This document shows positions 1 through 9,624 of a stretch of 53,479 nucleotides of DNA, piece after piece. How positions within the stretch are numbered: the first letter of the stretch is position 1; each line of letters starts with the position of its first letter. A program made the position numbers and the translations under genes. Source of the DNA: Candidatus Hodarchaeota archaeon (GTDB taxonomy: Archaea; Asgardarchaeota; Lokiarchaeia; Sigyniarchaeales; SOKP01); assembly GCA_048887225.1 (NCBI GenBank), contig JBHLJY010000015.1, positions 1-53,479 of the forward strand, written 5' to 3'. Below the pieces are notes generated by a model. The model worked only from the letters and a program-made list of their open reading frames with translations. It did no database searches and had not been told where the DNA came from.

Positions 1-275
1 ACAGTTGCCACTAATTTACTTGATCTATTTCCAATCAATAGCTCCTCAGGCAAGATATAAATTGTCATTTCATCTAAAGTTCTTGCTAACGCCTTAGCAG
101 CTCTCAATGAAGGATGCTCCCCCTCTGTTTCTTTGTATACCTGAGTGTAATAACACGCTCTTTCAATACATATTTCATAAGGCGCTTCTAAGATTTTATT
201 CTTTAAAATCTGAGTTCTTTTTATTTGTATTGCCTGAGAATCCTTTATATCTTCAGTTTGAGTGTCTAATTGCAT
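1..275 (-). CDS. Glycyl radical enzyme (PFL2/PflD-like family), N-terminal part; runs off the window edge
   Basis: Not in the ORF track. Manual translation from ATG at 275: MQLDTQTEDIKDSQAIQIKRTQILKNKILEAPYEICIERACYYTQVYKETEGEHPSLRAAKALARTLDEMTIYILPEELLIGNRSSKLVAT, matching the GRE N-terminal pattern ICIERA..YT..YKETEG.P..R.AKAL...L..MTI.I...EL..GN. Confidence 0.88.
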   Translation of the reverse strand, partial: MQLDTQTEDIKDSQAIQIKRTQILKNKILEAPYEICIERACYYTQVYKETEGEHPSLRAAKALARTLDEMTIYILPEELLIGNRSSKLVAT

Positions 276-388
276 TAGAAATTCCAATAGTTTTTTTATA
301 ATTTAAAAAAGGAGCTAATTTTTAATTTAATCTGTGAAATTATAATTTTTATTAAATATTTAAAAATTGATGTTTCTTAAATTAAGTA

Positions 389-412
389 CGATATGTTTAT
401 CCAGACATAACA
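389..412. promoter_or_regulatory. Palindromic operator resembling a ModE-type molybdate/tungstate box
   Basis: CGATATGT-TTATCCAG-ACATAACA (TATGT-N8-ACATA core), directly upstream of TTTTAAA (414-420) and tupA. Confidence 0.6.
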
Positions 413-439
413 CTTTTAAATCGTTCTTCTTTATAAAAA

Positions 440-1516
440 TTGAAAAAGTTATTCAAGAAAATGAAGTTTAAAAAAGTAAAAAAGAATAGAAGCGCAGATT
501 TGGACGAAGAAGAGAAAATAAAAATAAACTTTAATTCAAGAAAAAATAAAGCCATAATTTTTGCTATCACAATCTTGATTGCAACGATTGTTGGATCTTA
601 TATGGTTTTGGAATATGTTCATTCACAAAATCGCATAATATTAGCAACTACAACTTCAACCTATGATTCTGGTTTATTAGATTATTTACTTCCTGTTTTT
701 GAGAGACGATATAGAATTTCTGTAGATGTTTTATCCGTTGGAACTGGACAAGCTTTAGAAGCAGGGGAAAAAGGTGATGCTGACGTTTTACTTGTTCATG
801 CGAGAGATAAAGAAGATGATCTCGTTGATGATGATTATGGAGTTCACCGAGTATGTGTGATGTATAACGATTTTATTATTGTTGGTCCCAATTCTGATCC
901 TGCAAACATCAATGGTAGAAATATAACAGCTGCGATGAGTAAGTTGAAAAATTCTGGTGAAACAGGTACAATAAAATTTTATTCGAGAGGTGACAATTCT
1001 GGGACACATATAAAGGAATTAAAATTATGGAAGCTAATTGGTTTCACTCCAGACACTTCAGAGGATGATTGGTATTTCGAAACCGGAAGTGGAATGGGTA
1101 ATACTTTAACAGTGACTGACGATAACGAAGCATATACATTAATCGATAGAGGAACGTGGCTCTCCTCAAAAGATAAAGTTAGCTTAACTGATTTAGTGTA
1201 TGGAGAAGATATTTTGCTTAATCCTTATGGAGCTATAGCTGTCAATCCTGAAATTAACTCAAATGTTAAGTTTGAACATGCTAAGACATTTATTGGGTTT
1301 CTTGTTTCGGAAGAAGGACAAGAGTTAATTAGGGATTTTAGAAAAAATAATGAAATTTTATTTAGGCCCGCTTTTGGTATATGTGATAAAACTCACAATT
1401 GTCCGACTAAAGATGAAGAAATTGATTTTTGGGAAGAATTTAACGGTGAATACACCGGTCCAACGTCAGAATCAGCTTTAATTACAATTTCATTTATTAA
1501 TTTTGAATTAAATTAA
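440..1516 (+). CDS. tupA: Tungstate ABC transporter substrate-binding protein, N-terminally membrane anchored
   Basis: ATTTSTYDSGLL, VGTGQAL, DVLLVHA, YNDFIIVGP, SRGDNSGTH, GSGMG and LLNPY motifs; TM helix near residues 38-57; exact start uncertain (TTG 440 or ATG 461). Confidence 0.93.
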   Translation: MKKLFKKMKFKKVKKNRSADLDEEEKIKINFNSRKNKAIIFAITILIATIVGSYMVLEYVHSQNRIILATTTSTYDSGLLDYLLPVFERRYRISVDVLSVGTGQALEAGEKGDADVLLVHARDKEDDLVDDDYGVHRVCVMYNDFIIVGPNSDPANINGRNITAAMSKLKNSGETGTIKFYSRGDNSGTHIKELKLWKLIGFTPDTSEDDWYFETGSGMGNTLTVTDDNEAYTLIDRGTWLSSKDKVSLTDLVYGEDILLNPYGAIAVNPEINSNVKFEHAKTFIGFLVSEEGQELIRDFRKNNEILFRPAFGICDKTHNCPTKDEEIDFWEEFNGEYTGPTSESALITISFINFELN

Positions 1517-1544
1517 CAATATTTAAAAAATTTAATGAATAGCT

Positions 1545-2240
1545 ATGGCAAATGAATTTATAGACGGAATGATTGAGGCATTTGTTTTGATCTTTACATT
1601 TGATCAAGAAATATGGGACATAATCCTTCTTTCAATTAGAGTATCAGGAACAGCCACTTTTCTAGCAGCACTTGTAGCACTTCCACTTGGCTCTTATTTG
1701 GGTCTACATAAATTTCGTGGAAAAAAAACTGTATCAAATTTAATTAATACATTCATGGGTTTTCCACCAGTTGTAATGGGTCTTATCATATTTTTATTGT
1801 TATCTAGAAGTGGTCCACTCGGGGGATTAGCTCTGCTATACACAACTACTGCTATGATTGTAGCTCAATTTTTATTAGCAATTCCAATAATTATTGGTAC
1901 AACTAAAGCTGCTATTGAGAGTGTGGATCCAGCTCTAAAAGAAACTGTTCAATCTCTTGGATCAAGTGAAAGCCAATTATGGTGGGAATTAATAAAAGAA
2001 TCTAAGAAATCAATCATAGCAGGGATATTGGTGGCATTTGGCCAAGCCATTTCTGAAGTCGGTGCTGTAATTATCGTCGGAGGAAATATCCGATGGCACA
2101 CGCGCACTTTTACAACTGCCATTGTTGTACATACTCGCATGGGAGAATTTGGCATGGCGATTGCTTTAGGAATGATTCTTATCATTATAGCTTTTATTTT
2201 GAATTATACCTTAACCCATCTACAATCTGAGAAAGGTTGA
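1545..2240 (+). CDS. tupB: Tungstate ABC transporter permease
   Basis: NTFMGFPPVVMGL, SRSGPLG, AISEVGAVIIVGGNIRWHTR; follows tupA. Confidence 0.92.
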   Translation: MANEFIDGMIEAFVLIFTFDQEIWDIILLSIRVSGTATFLAALVALPLGSYLGLHKFRGKKTVSNLINTFMGFPPVVMGLIIFLLLSRSGPLGGLALLYTTTAMIVAQFLLAIPIIIGTTKAAIESVDPALKETVQSLGSSESQLWWELIKESKKSIIAGILVAFGQAISEVGAVIIVGGNIRWHTRTFTTAIVVHTRMGEFGMAIALGMILIIIAFILNYTLTHLQSEKG

Positions 2241-2241
2241 T

Positions 2242-3333
2242 ATGAATTTAATTGAATTTAAAAATATTTCAAAGACTTTTTATAAGAGAGACGAAACTGA
2301 GCATACTGTTCTCTCAGATATCAACTTTTCGGTAAAAAAAGGTGAATGTTTTACGATCATTGGACCTAACGGGAGTGGAAAAACCACATTACTGCGGATA
2401 ATAGGCTTAATAGAGAAACCCACAAGAGGTAAGATGTTTTATTTGGGTGAAGATATAACAGATTTATCTAAAAAAGAAATATTGTTATATCGTAGAAAAT
2501 TTTCTTTTGTAAGACAAAAGCCGGTAGTCTTAAACGCAACTGTTGCGAATAATATTGCCTATGGATTAAAGGTTCGCGGTGTTGAGAGGGACCAAATTAT
2601 TTCTAAAGTAACAGAAATTATCGAGCTCGTAAGCTTACGAGGGTTGGCAAATAAAAATGCTAGATCGCTATCAGGTGGAGAAATGCAACGTGTTGCTATA
2701 GCTATGAATTTTATACTATCTCCTGAATTATATCTTTTGGATGAGGTCTCAGCAAATTTAGATTTACAAAACATAGTATTATTAGATAAGTTTATAACTA
2801 AAATAAAACAAGATAAAGAAAAAACGATAATTTTGAGTACTCACGACCCATTAGAAGCAATTAAATATGGGGATCAAATCGCTGTTTTGAATGAAGGAAA
2901 AATCTCTCAAATTGGAACCCCAGATGAAATATTTACATCGCCAGTTGATGAGTTCACAGCTCAATTTGTAGGGTACGAGAATATATTTGAAGGTGTTGCT
3001 AAATTTGATCCTGAATCGGGATTAAATAAAATCAAAATTAATAATCTAACCATTGCTGCATCTACCCAGAAAGAAGGTAAATTAAAAGTGTGCATTCGTC
3101 CAGAAAGTATTGTTATTGCTAAAAATCCACCCACTGGAACAAGTTTTCGTAATTCACTAAAAGGGAAAGTTGATTCCATCAGAGAACTTGGAAACATTTG
3201 CCATATTTTTGTATTATGCGAATCTGAAAAATTTTTAATAACCATAACTAAACAAGCTCTAACAAATTTAGATTTAAAACCTCAAACTGAGGTATTTATT
3301 AGTTTTAAAGCAACTGATGTTAAATGTCTATAA
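2242..3333 (+). CDS. tupC: Tungstate ABC transporter ATP-binding protein with C-terminal TOBE domain
   Basis: Walker A GPNGSGKT, LSGGEMQR, Walker B LLDE, H-loop STHD; C-terminal IRPE...FKAT TOBE-type end. Confidence 0.9.
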   Translation: MNLIEFKNISKTFYKRDETEHTVLSDINFSVKKGECFTIIGPNGSGKTTLLRIIGLIEKPTRGKMFYLGEDITDLSKKEILLYRRKFSFVRQKPVVLNATVANNIAYGLKVRGVERDQIISKVTEIIELVSLRGLANKNARSLSGGEMQRVAIAMNFILSPELYLLDEVSANLDLQNIVLLDKFITKIKQDKEKTIILSTHDPLEAIKYGDQIAVLNEGKISQIGTPDEIFTSPVDEFTAQFVGYENIFEGVAKFDPESGLNKIKINNLTIAASTQKEGKLKVCIRPESIVIAKNPPTGTSFRNSLKGKVDSIRELGNICHIFVLCESEKFLITITKQALTNLDLKPQTEVFISFKATDVKCL

Positions 3334-3342
3334 AAGTAGGAT

Positions 3343-3783
3343 GTGAAAAAGATGATTGATATATCAGAAAAGAAAGTTATTCTTAGAACTGCAAAAGCTT
3401 CAGGTAGAATTTATTTGAAGGGAGAAACTGTCGAACGTATCAAGAATAATCAAGTTAAGAAAGGTGATGTTTTAACAATCGCCAAAGTATCTGCCATTAG
3501 CGCTGTCAAAAAAGTTCCTAATTTAATACCCTTATGTCACCCGATCCCTATAACCCAAATTGCTGTAGATTTTGAATTTGAGGAAAATAATATTATTAGA
3601 GTTATTTGTACTGTAAAGAGTTATGCCAGAACTGGCGTTGAAATGGAAGCTTTAACAGGTGTAAGTGTAGCTCTTCTAAATTTATGGGATGTTGTTAAAA
3701 TGTATGAAAAAAATGATCGAGGGCAATATCCTAAAACAATTATTAATGATATTAAAGTTGATGTTAAAATCAAGGAAGGATAA
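3343..3783 (+). CDS. moaC: Cyclic pyranopterin monophosphate synthase
   Basis: MIDISEK, KKGDVL, LIPLCHP, TGVEMEAL, WDVVK motifs. Confidence 0.95.
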   Translation: MKKMIDISEKKVILRTAKASGRIYLKGETVERIKNNQVKKGDVLTIAKVSAISAVKKVPNLIPLCHPIPITQIAVDFEFEENNIIRVICTVKSYARTGVEMEALTGVSVALLNLWDVVKMYEKNDRGQYPKTIINDIKVDVKIKEG

Positions 3784-4704
3784 ATGAAAGACATTTCTAA
3801 TAGAAAAATAAAGCATATTAGGTTTTCTGTCACCTCAAAATGTAATTATAAATGTATTTATTGTGATAAAGAGGGATTTATTCCAAAAACAACAGAGCTT
3901 ACTTTAGATGAAATCACTAAATTATGCCGAATTTTAGCTGAAGTGTTAAAGGTCACCCGTATCAAATTTACAGGGGGAGAACCTTTATGTAGGGGAGATA
4001 TAGTACAAATAATAAAGAACGTGCATGAGTTAAATCTTTATAAAGACATTTCTTTAACAACAAATGGATATTTCTTGTACGAAAAAGCTGAGGATCTCTA
4101 TAAAGCAGGATTAAACAGAATTAATGTGTCTTTAAACTCTCTAAAGCCTGAAATGTATCAACAATTAAATGGATCTGATTCTTTGAATGAAGTTCTTAAA
4201 GGATTAGAAAAAGCAAAAGTAGTTGGATTAAATCCCATTAAACTAAACTTTGTAATTTTGAAAGATCTAAATGAAAAAGAACTTGATGATATGATTGATT
4301 TTTGTTCAAAAACAGGCTATATCTTACAACTAATCGAGTTACATAAAGTTTCTGAATCAGTAGGAGAAAAAAATGGGTTTTACGAAAAATACCACATAGG
4401 TGTAAAGCCATTCATAAAGGAATTTGAGAAAAAAGCTAGACAGGTTATAATCAGAGGTAATATGCAAAATAGGAAAGTTTTTATAATGCCCAACGAAGCT
4501 GTAATTGAAACAATTACACCAAGCCATGAATTTTGTATGGGTTGCACAAAATTGAGAGTCGGTTGTGATGGAAATTTATTTGGCTGTCTCTATCGTTCAG
4601 AAGAAGGGAGGAATTTAAAAGAAGAATTGAGGAATCATCAATCATTAACAAAATACGAGAAGATTGTTAAAAAAGTAGTTGAAGCGAGGGAACCTTACTA
4701 TTAG
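3784..4704 (+). CDS. moaA: GTP 3',8-cyclase (radical SAM), archaeal type
   Basis: CNYKCIYC, FTGGEP, TTNG, C-terminal FCMGCTKLR...CL cluster; ends REPYY as in archaeal MoaA. Confidence 0.92.
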   Translation: MKDISNRKIKHIRFSVTSKCNYKCIYCDKEGFIPKTTELTLDEITKLCRILAEVLKVTRIKFTGGEPLCRGDIVQIIKNVHELNLYKDISLTTNGYFLYEKAEDLYKAGLNRINVSLNSLKPEMYQQLNGSDSLNEVLKGLEKAKVVGLNPIKLNFVILKDLNEKELDDMIDFCSKTGYILQLIELHKVSESVGEKNGFYEKYHIGVKPFIKEFEKKARQVIIRGNMQNRKVFIMPNEAVIETITPSHEFCMGCTKLRVGCDGNLFGCLYRSEEGRNLKEELRNHQSLTKYEKIVKKVVEAREPYY

Positions 4705-4717
4705 ATAAATCAATAAA

Positions 4718-4999
4718 ATGAAGATTGAAGTATTATATTTTGCCGATTTGAAGGATATCACAGGAAAGGATAAAGAGAATTTCATCCTTAATACTAATAA
4801 ACTAAGCGAAGTAGTGAATATACTTCTAGAAAAACATCAATCTTTTAGGAACATAATCTGGGATGAAAAAAATAACTCATTGAAAGAAATCATATCAGTT
4901 GCCATAAATGATAGTATAATTCAAAAAAAAGAAAAATACTCTATAGAATTATCGGAAGGAGACCGTATTGCTTTCTTATTACCTGTATCAGGGGGATAG
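4718..4999 (+). CDS. moaD: Molybdopterin synthase sulfur carrier (MoaD/SAMP-like ubiquitin fold)
   Basis: VLYFA start and GDRIAFLLPVSGG di-glycine C-terminus; precedes moaE. Confidence 0.9.
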   Translation: MKIEVLYFADLKDITGKDKENFILNTNKLSEVVNILLEKHQSFRNIIWDEKNNSLKEIISVAINDSIIQKKEKYSIELSEGDRIAFLLPVSGG

Positions 5000-5005
5000 A
5001 TAATT

Positions 5006-5452
5006 ATGGTAGCAAAGAAAAAACTAATTAACTCAGGAATATATAATAAGGGTGAAATAACTTTTGATGATGTTATAGCATCAGTAAAAGGCACTTCAAA
5101 TATTACTGAAGCAGGGGCAATACTATCCTTTACTGGAATTGTAAGAAACACATCTGAAGATGGAAAACTAGTCAATGGCCTTAAAATTGATGCCTATGAT
5201 GAACTAGCAAATCAAACAATAGAAATAATTTGTTCTGATATTAAAAAGAAATATAGAATTATTGATATTAGAATTATTCATTTAAAGGGGGATTTTGATA
5301 TTAGTGATGATTTAGTTTATGTAGTAGTAGCAAGTGCTCATAGAAATGATGGATTCGAAGCCCTCAGAACTGCTGTTGAGAGATATAAGCATGAATTAAC
5401 TGTATGGAAAAAAGAAGATTTTTTAAATGGAAATTCAAAATGGGTTCATTAA
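5006..5452 (+). CDS. moaE: Molybdopterin synthase catalytic subunit
   Basis: GAILSFTGIVR, VASAHR, VWKKE, KWV motifs. Confidence 0.93.
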   Translation: MVAKKKLINSGIYNKGEITFDDVIASVKGTSNITEAGAILSFTGIVRNTSEDGKLVNGLKIDAYDELANQTIEIICSDIKKKYRIIDIRIIHLKGDFDISDDLVYVVVASAHRNDGFEALRTAVERYKHELTVWKKEDFLNGNSKWVH

Positions 5453-5455
5453 GTT

Positions 5456-7642
5456 CTATTGATATGGTTTTATGACATGAATCACATCATCATAATCGAT
5501 TCCCAACTCTTTTACTAGCTCAATTGTAGGACATCCAAATGCATTCCAACCACGCTGACGATATACTGCCTCTTGTAATTTTAAATATTGAATCTCTCTA
5601 TATTTTCGCAATATCTTCATTTTTTCTTCAGTGGTCTTTTCTTTGATATCTATTTCTAATTCTTCTAATTGCTCATCATATCTTTTTTTACGACTTTCAT
5701 ATTCCATTTTTGTTACAGGGCCCATTGCTCTATAAGGCAAGTTGGAATCATGTTCTCTCAAACCCTTACCTTGACGAATATTGAAGATTCTTTGCAAATT
5801 ATAAACGCGCTCAGACATGCGGATTAGATCGTCTGGCTCTGCTCTAATTCCTGTTACTGCCGTAAAATAGTCAGCATACCATTGAACATGCTGAGGAATC
5901 TTAGCTTGTAATAATTCCCCGGCCATTTTAATAGGAAGATCAAAATTGGAAGGAGGAGGGACGTCGTTCCAAGGGAGCTTACATAAACCACATAAACCGA
6001 ACCATGTACGCCAAAGTGGGAACCAATATAATGCTTTAGCTTTATCCTCGAATGTGGGAATGGAATGTCGCACAATATCTTCAAAAATCAACCATGCTTC
6101 ATCGTGTTGAGGACCTTTATTTGTAAGCCCATAACCTCCTTGCTGAGTTAAAGACTCCTTAGTTACATATTCTGAGAATTCTAATCCTTTATGCTCCATT
6201 CCAACGTCTTGCAAGAATTTAGGGTCGCCGCCATATTCTTTCGCAAATTTTTTCTTCATTCTTTTAATACCTTGACCAACAACAACTCCAAAACCCTCTC
6301 CTCTTGCCATTTGGTGGATTAAATTAATCGCAGCCTCGGCATTTCCGAAACTCAAATCAAGGTTCCCTGTAATTTCTTTGTTTATAATTCTCTCTTCATA
6401 ACATTCCATTATAAAAGCAATTCCCGTTCCTACTCCAATTGTATCTAAACCGTATGTATCACAATAAAAATTGACTTCAAGTACCCATTTAGGATCCCAC
6501 ACACCCCAATTTGAGCCACATCCAGCGATTGTCTCATATTCTGGACCATCTATTATCACTTTTTCTCCTTTGAAGGGGCCTGTCATTACTTTATAATCTT
6601 TAACCCAATGAGAACAACTAACTGCGCATCCATGCCAACAACCATCAGCACCTTTTCCAGTATGTTCACCAAATATTTCATACCAATCTTGTCGTTTATA
6701 AGGAATATCCTTGCCTTTAATTTCTCGATGCTGACCTAATCGAAAATTCTCAACAGGTAAAATATCAGCCATATTCATAAGATCTGGTAAATATCCAGTA
6801 CCAACTATTCTCATCTGATTCATTGTTGGGTCGTAAGTTATAATTTCTTTTTTATGCTTTCTTCCGATTTCAAATAATTTATCGGGATCTGAAGGATCGT
6901 TCTTCTTTACATTGTATGTTGGTGCCCGGCAAACCATGGCCTTAATCTTTTTATCTGCAAAAACAGTACCAATACCTCCTCGACCTGCCTGTTTGCATGA
7001 TGCCCATTTTCTTTTACGTTGATACCAAGAAGAATTTAACATACCCCATAGTGTATATTTTGCCGCAGGACCAGTGCTCACTACAGAAACAAGCTGTTTT
7101 TCCTTTTCTGTATGTTCTTTCGCATATTTTAAGGTTAGCTGTTGGGTTAGTAAGTGAGAATAATCTGAAAGACCATCAGAATCTTCTACGGTTTCAATTC
7201 GAACAGTATGATCCTGCCCATTTATGAAAATTACAACTTCCTTTTCAGCTTTTCCTTGAATTTCAAGAGTGTCAAAACCAGAGTATTTTAGATACGGTCC
7301 AAAATGACCTCCAACGTTGCTATCAATAATTATACCAGTTAAAGGCGAAATTGTCGTCACAATTGATTTTCCACCACCTGGATAATAAGTTGATGCTCCT
7401 AATGGACCGGTAGCCCAGCAAATTTCATTTTCAGGATCACTCCATTTCACAATTCTATCTTTTGGCAAACTATTCCACATAAGCCACAGATCAAAACCTC
7501 TTCCACCTATGAATTTTTCCTTCATTTCATCTGTAACGGGCTTTATAGAAATCTCATTTGTAGAAAGATTAATATATAGTGTTCTATTTGTATATCCTCT
7601 TTCCATATCTCTGTGATTGTACTTTTTCTCAGCTAATAACAT
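5456..7642 (-). CDS. aor: Tungsten-dependent aldehyde:ferredoxin oxidoreductase (AOR/WOR family)
   Basis: FIGGRG, SPLTG, DSNVGG, AGRGGIGTVFADKKIKA, CxxxCxxxC (GCWHGCAVSC), GPEYET, CDTYGLDTI, CGLC. Confidence 0.92.
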   Translation of the reverse strand: MLLAEKKYNHRDMERGYTNRTLYINLSTNEISIKPVTDEMKEKFIGGRGFDLWLMWNSLPKDRIVKWSDPENEICWATGPLGASTYYPGGGKSIVTTISPLTGIIIDSNVGGHFGPYLKYSGFDTLEIQGKAEKEVVIFINGQDHTVRIETVEDSDGLSDYSHLLTQQLTLKYAKEHTEKEKQLVSVVSTGPAAKYTLWGMLNSSWYQRKRKWASCKQAGRGGIGTVFADKKIKAMVCRAPTYNVKKNDPSDPDKLFEIGRKHKKEIITYDPTMNQMRIVGTGYLPDLMNMADILPVENFRLGQHREIKGKDIPYKRQDWYEIFGEHTGKGADGCWHGCAVSCSHWVKDYKVMTGPFKGEKVIIDGPEYETIAGCGSNWGVWDPKWVLEVNFYCDTYGLDTIGVGTGIAFIMECYEERIINKEITGNLDLSFGNAEAAINLIHQMARGEGFGVVVGQGIKRMKKKFAKEYGGDPKFLQDVGMEHKGLEFSEYVTKESLTQQGGYGLTNKGPQHDEAWLIFEDIVRHSIPTFEDKAKALYWFPLWRTWFGLCGLCKLPWNDVPPPSNFDLPIKMAGELLQAKIPQHVQWYADYFTAVTGIRAEPDDLIRMSERVYNLQRIFNIRQGKGLREHDSNLPYRAMGPVTKMEYESRKKRYDEQLEELEIDIKEKTTEEKMKILRKYREIQYLKLQEAVYRQRGWNAFGCPTIELVKELGIDYDDVIHVIKPYQ

Positions 7643-7820
7643 TAATTTTCACATATTTGAATAAAATTTCCTAGATACGTTAAATATTTCAAATCCTTCA
7701 ATTTAATTAAGTTTAAGGTTTACTAAGATATAATCTAAAAGTTTAATTAGATTTTATAAAAATAAGGTTTTTTTATCAATTTGAATATTTCAAATATAGA
7801 TTTCTAACAAAATTGAATAT

Positions 7821-9050
7821 TTGATGAAATTTTTAAAAACAATTAGGGTAGAAAAATTAAGAAACATATTAAACTCAATTCCAAACCTTAAACTTGAGGA
7901 AGAAATAGTATCTCTTGAAGAGAGTTTTAATAGAGTTATTTCAAGAGATATTAAAAGCACTATTGATGTTCCACATTTTCGAAAATCTCGAATGGATGGA
8001 TATGCGGTAATTGCTGAAGATACTTATGATGCTGAGGAAGATAATTTGATCTCTCTTGAATTAATTGAGACCATAAATGCCGGAAAAATTCCTAAGAAAA
8101 AATTGAAGAGGGGTCAGTGTTCTTATGTGGCTACTGGTGCTGCGATACCAGAAGGAGCTAATGGCGTTGTAATGGTTGAATTTTCAGAAAAAAAAGGTAA
8201 TAACATCTTAATTTCAAAAGCAATAACACCCGAAACTCATTTAATCAATATTGGATACGATATCAAAAAAGATCAGATTATATGTAAGAAACACACCCTT
8301 ATTGATTTACCAACTATAGGTCTCCTCTCTTCTTGTGGAATGGATCGAGTCCCAGTTTCTAAAAAACCAATAGTAAGTCTACTTAGCACCGGTAATGAGA
8401 TTGTTCCATTCGATGTAAAATCTTTAGATATTGGAAAAATATATGATGTTAATTCAATAGTTTTAAAGAAAGCTATTGAAAACGCAGGATCGAGTGTTAA
8501 TTTTTTAGGTATTGTAAAAGATGATTATCAAGAACTAAGGAAAAAAATCGATAATGCTTTATCAAATAGCAACATTGTAGTTTTATCAGGAGGAACCTCT
8601 AAAGGTGAAGGAGATTTAATTCCGCAAGTCTTAAATGAATATAAAAATATTGAAGTAATGGTACACGGAGTAAGAATTAAACCTGGAAAACCCCTAATTT
8701 TTGCTAAAATGGGTAAGAAAATTATTTTTGTTTTACCAGGATTCCCTACATCAGCTCTTAGTTGCTTTTATATATTTGTAGAGAATTTTTTAAGAAGAAT
8801 GTCAGGTTATCCATTGAAAGAAAAGAATTCAAAACTTTTAGAAGTTGGAGAAAGAATATATAGCACGGTTGGTAGGCATGAATTTAAATCAATTAGAATA
8901 CAAGAAGAAAATGGTGTGAAAAAAATCTATCCTGTTAAAACAGGATCAGAAGCAATTAGTACTATCTTTAAAGCAGATGGATATATCGAGATCGAAGAAT
9001 TAGAATCTATAGTCGAAAAAGGTGAGATAAGACAGGTTTTTTTCTTTTGA
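7821..9050 (+). CDS. moeA: Molybdopterin molybdenum/tungsten transferase MoeA (paralog 1)
   Basis: SRMDGYAV, TGAAIPEGA, STGNE, LSGGTSKG, IKPGKP, LPGFP. Confidence 0.93.
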   Translation: MMKFLKTIRVEKLRNILNSIPNLKLEEEIVSLEESFNRVISRDIKSTIDVPHFRKSRMDGYAVIAEDTYDAEEDNLISLELIETINAGKIPKKKLKRGQCSYVATGAAIPEGANGVVMVEFSEKKGNNILISKAITPETHLINIGYDIKKDQIICKKHTLIDLPTIGLLSSCGMDRVPVSKKPIVSLLSTGNEIVPFDVKSLDIGKIYDVNSIVLKKAIENAGSSVNFLGIVKDDYQELRKKIDNALSNSNIVVLSGGTSKGEGDLIPQVLNEYKNIEVMVHGVRIKPGKPLIFAKMGKKIIFVLPGFPTSALSCFYIFVENFLRRMSGYPLKEKNSKLLEVGERIYSTVGRHEFKSIRIQEENGVKKIYPVKTGSEAISTIFKADGYIEIEELESIVEKGEIRQVFFF

Positions 9051-9087
9051 GAAAAAAGTTTTTTAATCAATAATAGGTGAATAATAA

Positions 9088-9624
9088 ATGAAAGTTCACG
9101 AAGAACATAAAAAAAAAGCACCAGAACTCGTTAAAATTGCTTTAGTTATAGTAAGTACAAGTCGATTTGAAGAAATGCAAAAGGGTAAGACTAGTACTGA
9201 TAAAACAATTCCATTAGTTAAAGAAGTTCTAAAGGACAATCCAAATTTTTTATTATCAAAATCAGAAATCGTGGCCGATTCTTCAGAACAAATAAAAAAT
9301 GTTTTAAATAAATTATTAAGAGACCAATCAATTGACTCAATATTATTTAGTGGAGGTACAGGACTAACACCAAAGGACATCACCTATGAAACATTAGAAC
9401 CTTTATTAGAAAAGAAAATACTTGGATTTGGGGAATTTTTCAGGTATCTTTCTTTTAAGGAGATTGGAGCATCAGCTATGTTATCAAGGGCGTTAGCAGG
9501 TAAGTTAGGAGATAAAGCTATTTTTTTGCTCCCCGGCTCTCCTAACGCTGTAAGATTAGCTCTAAACAAACTAATTATTCCAGAATTAGGTCATATAATT
9601 TATATGATTAAAAAAGAAGAGTGA
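9088..9624 (+). CDS. moaB: Molybdopterin adenylyltransferase MoaB/MogA family
   Basis: GGTGLTPKDIT, GFGEFFR, AMLSRA, LPGSPNAV; GGTGA SD upstream. Confidence 0.9.
   Translation: MKVHEEHKKKAPELVKIALVIVSTSRFEEMQKGKTSTDKTIPLVKEVLKDNPNFLLSKSEIVADSSEQIKNVLNKLLRDQSIDSILFSGGTGLTPKDITYETLEPLLEKKILGFGEFFRYLSFKEIGASAMLSRALAGKLGDKAIFLLPGSPNAVRLALNKLIIPELGHIIYMIKKEE

Noticed and set aside
107-301. 64-aa + strand ORF
   Set aside because: Antisense shadow of the glycyl radical enzyme 5' end on the minus strand.
4600-4704. MoaA lacks the C-terminal GG motif
   Set aside because: Normal for archaeal-type MoaA; not a truncation.
3331-5008. tupC-moaC-moaA and moaD-moaE are each in frame across a single stop (TAA ATG at 3781; TAG ATA ATT ATG at 4997), suggesting readthrough fusions like MoaX or MOCS1
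   Set aside because: Each gene has its own start, MoaD needs a free GG end, in-frame spacing occurs by chance one time in three, and no recoding signal is evident.
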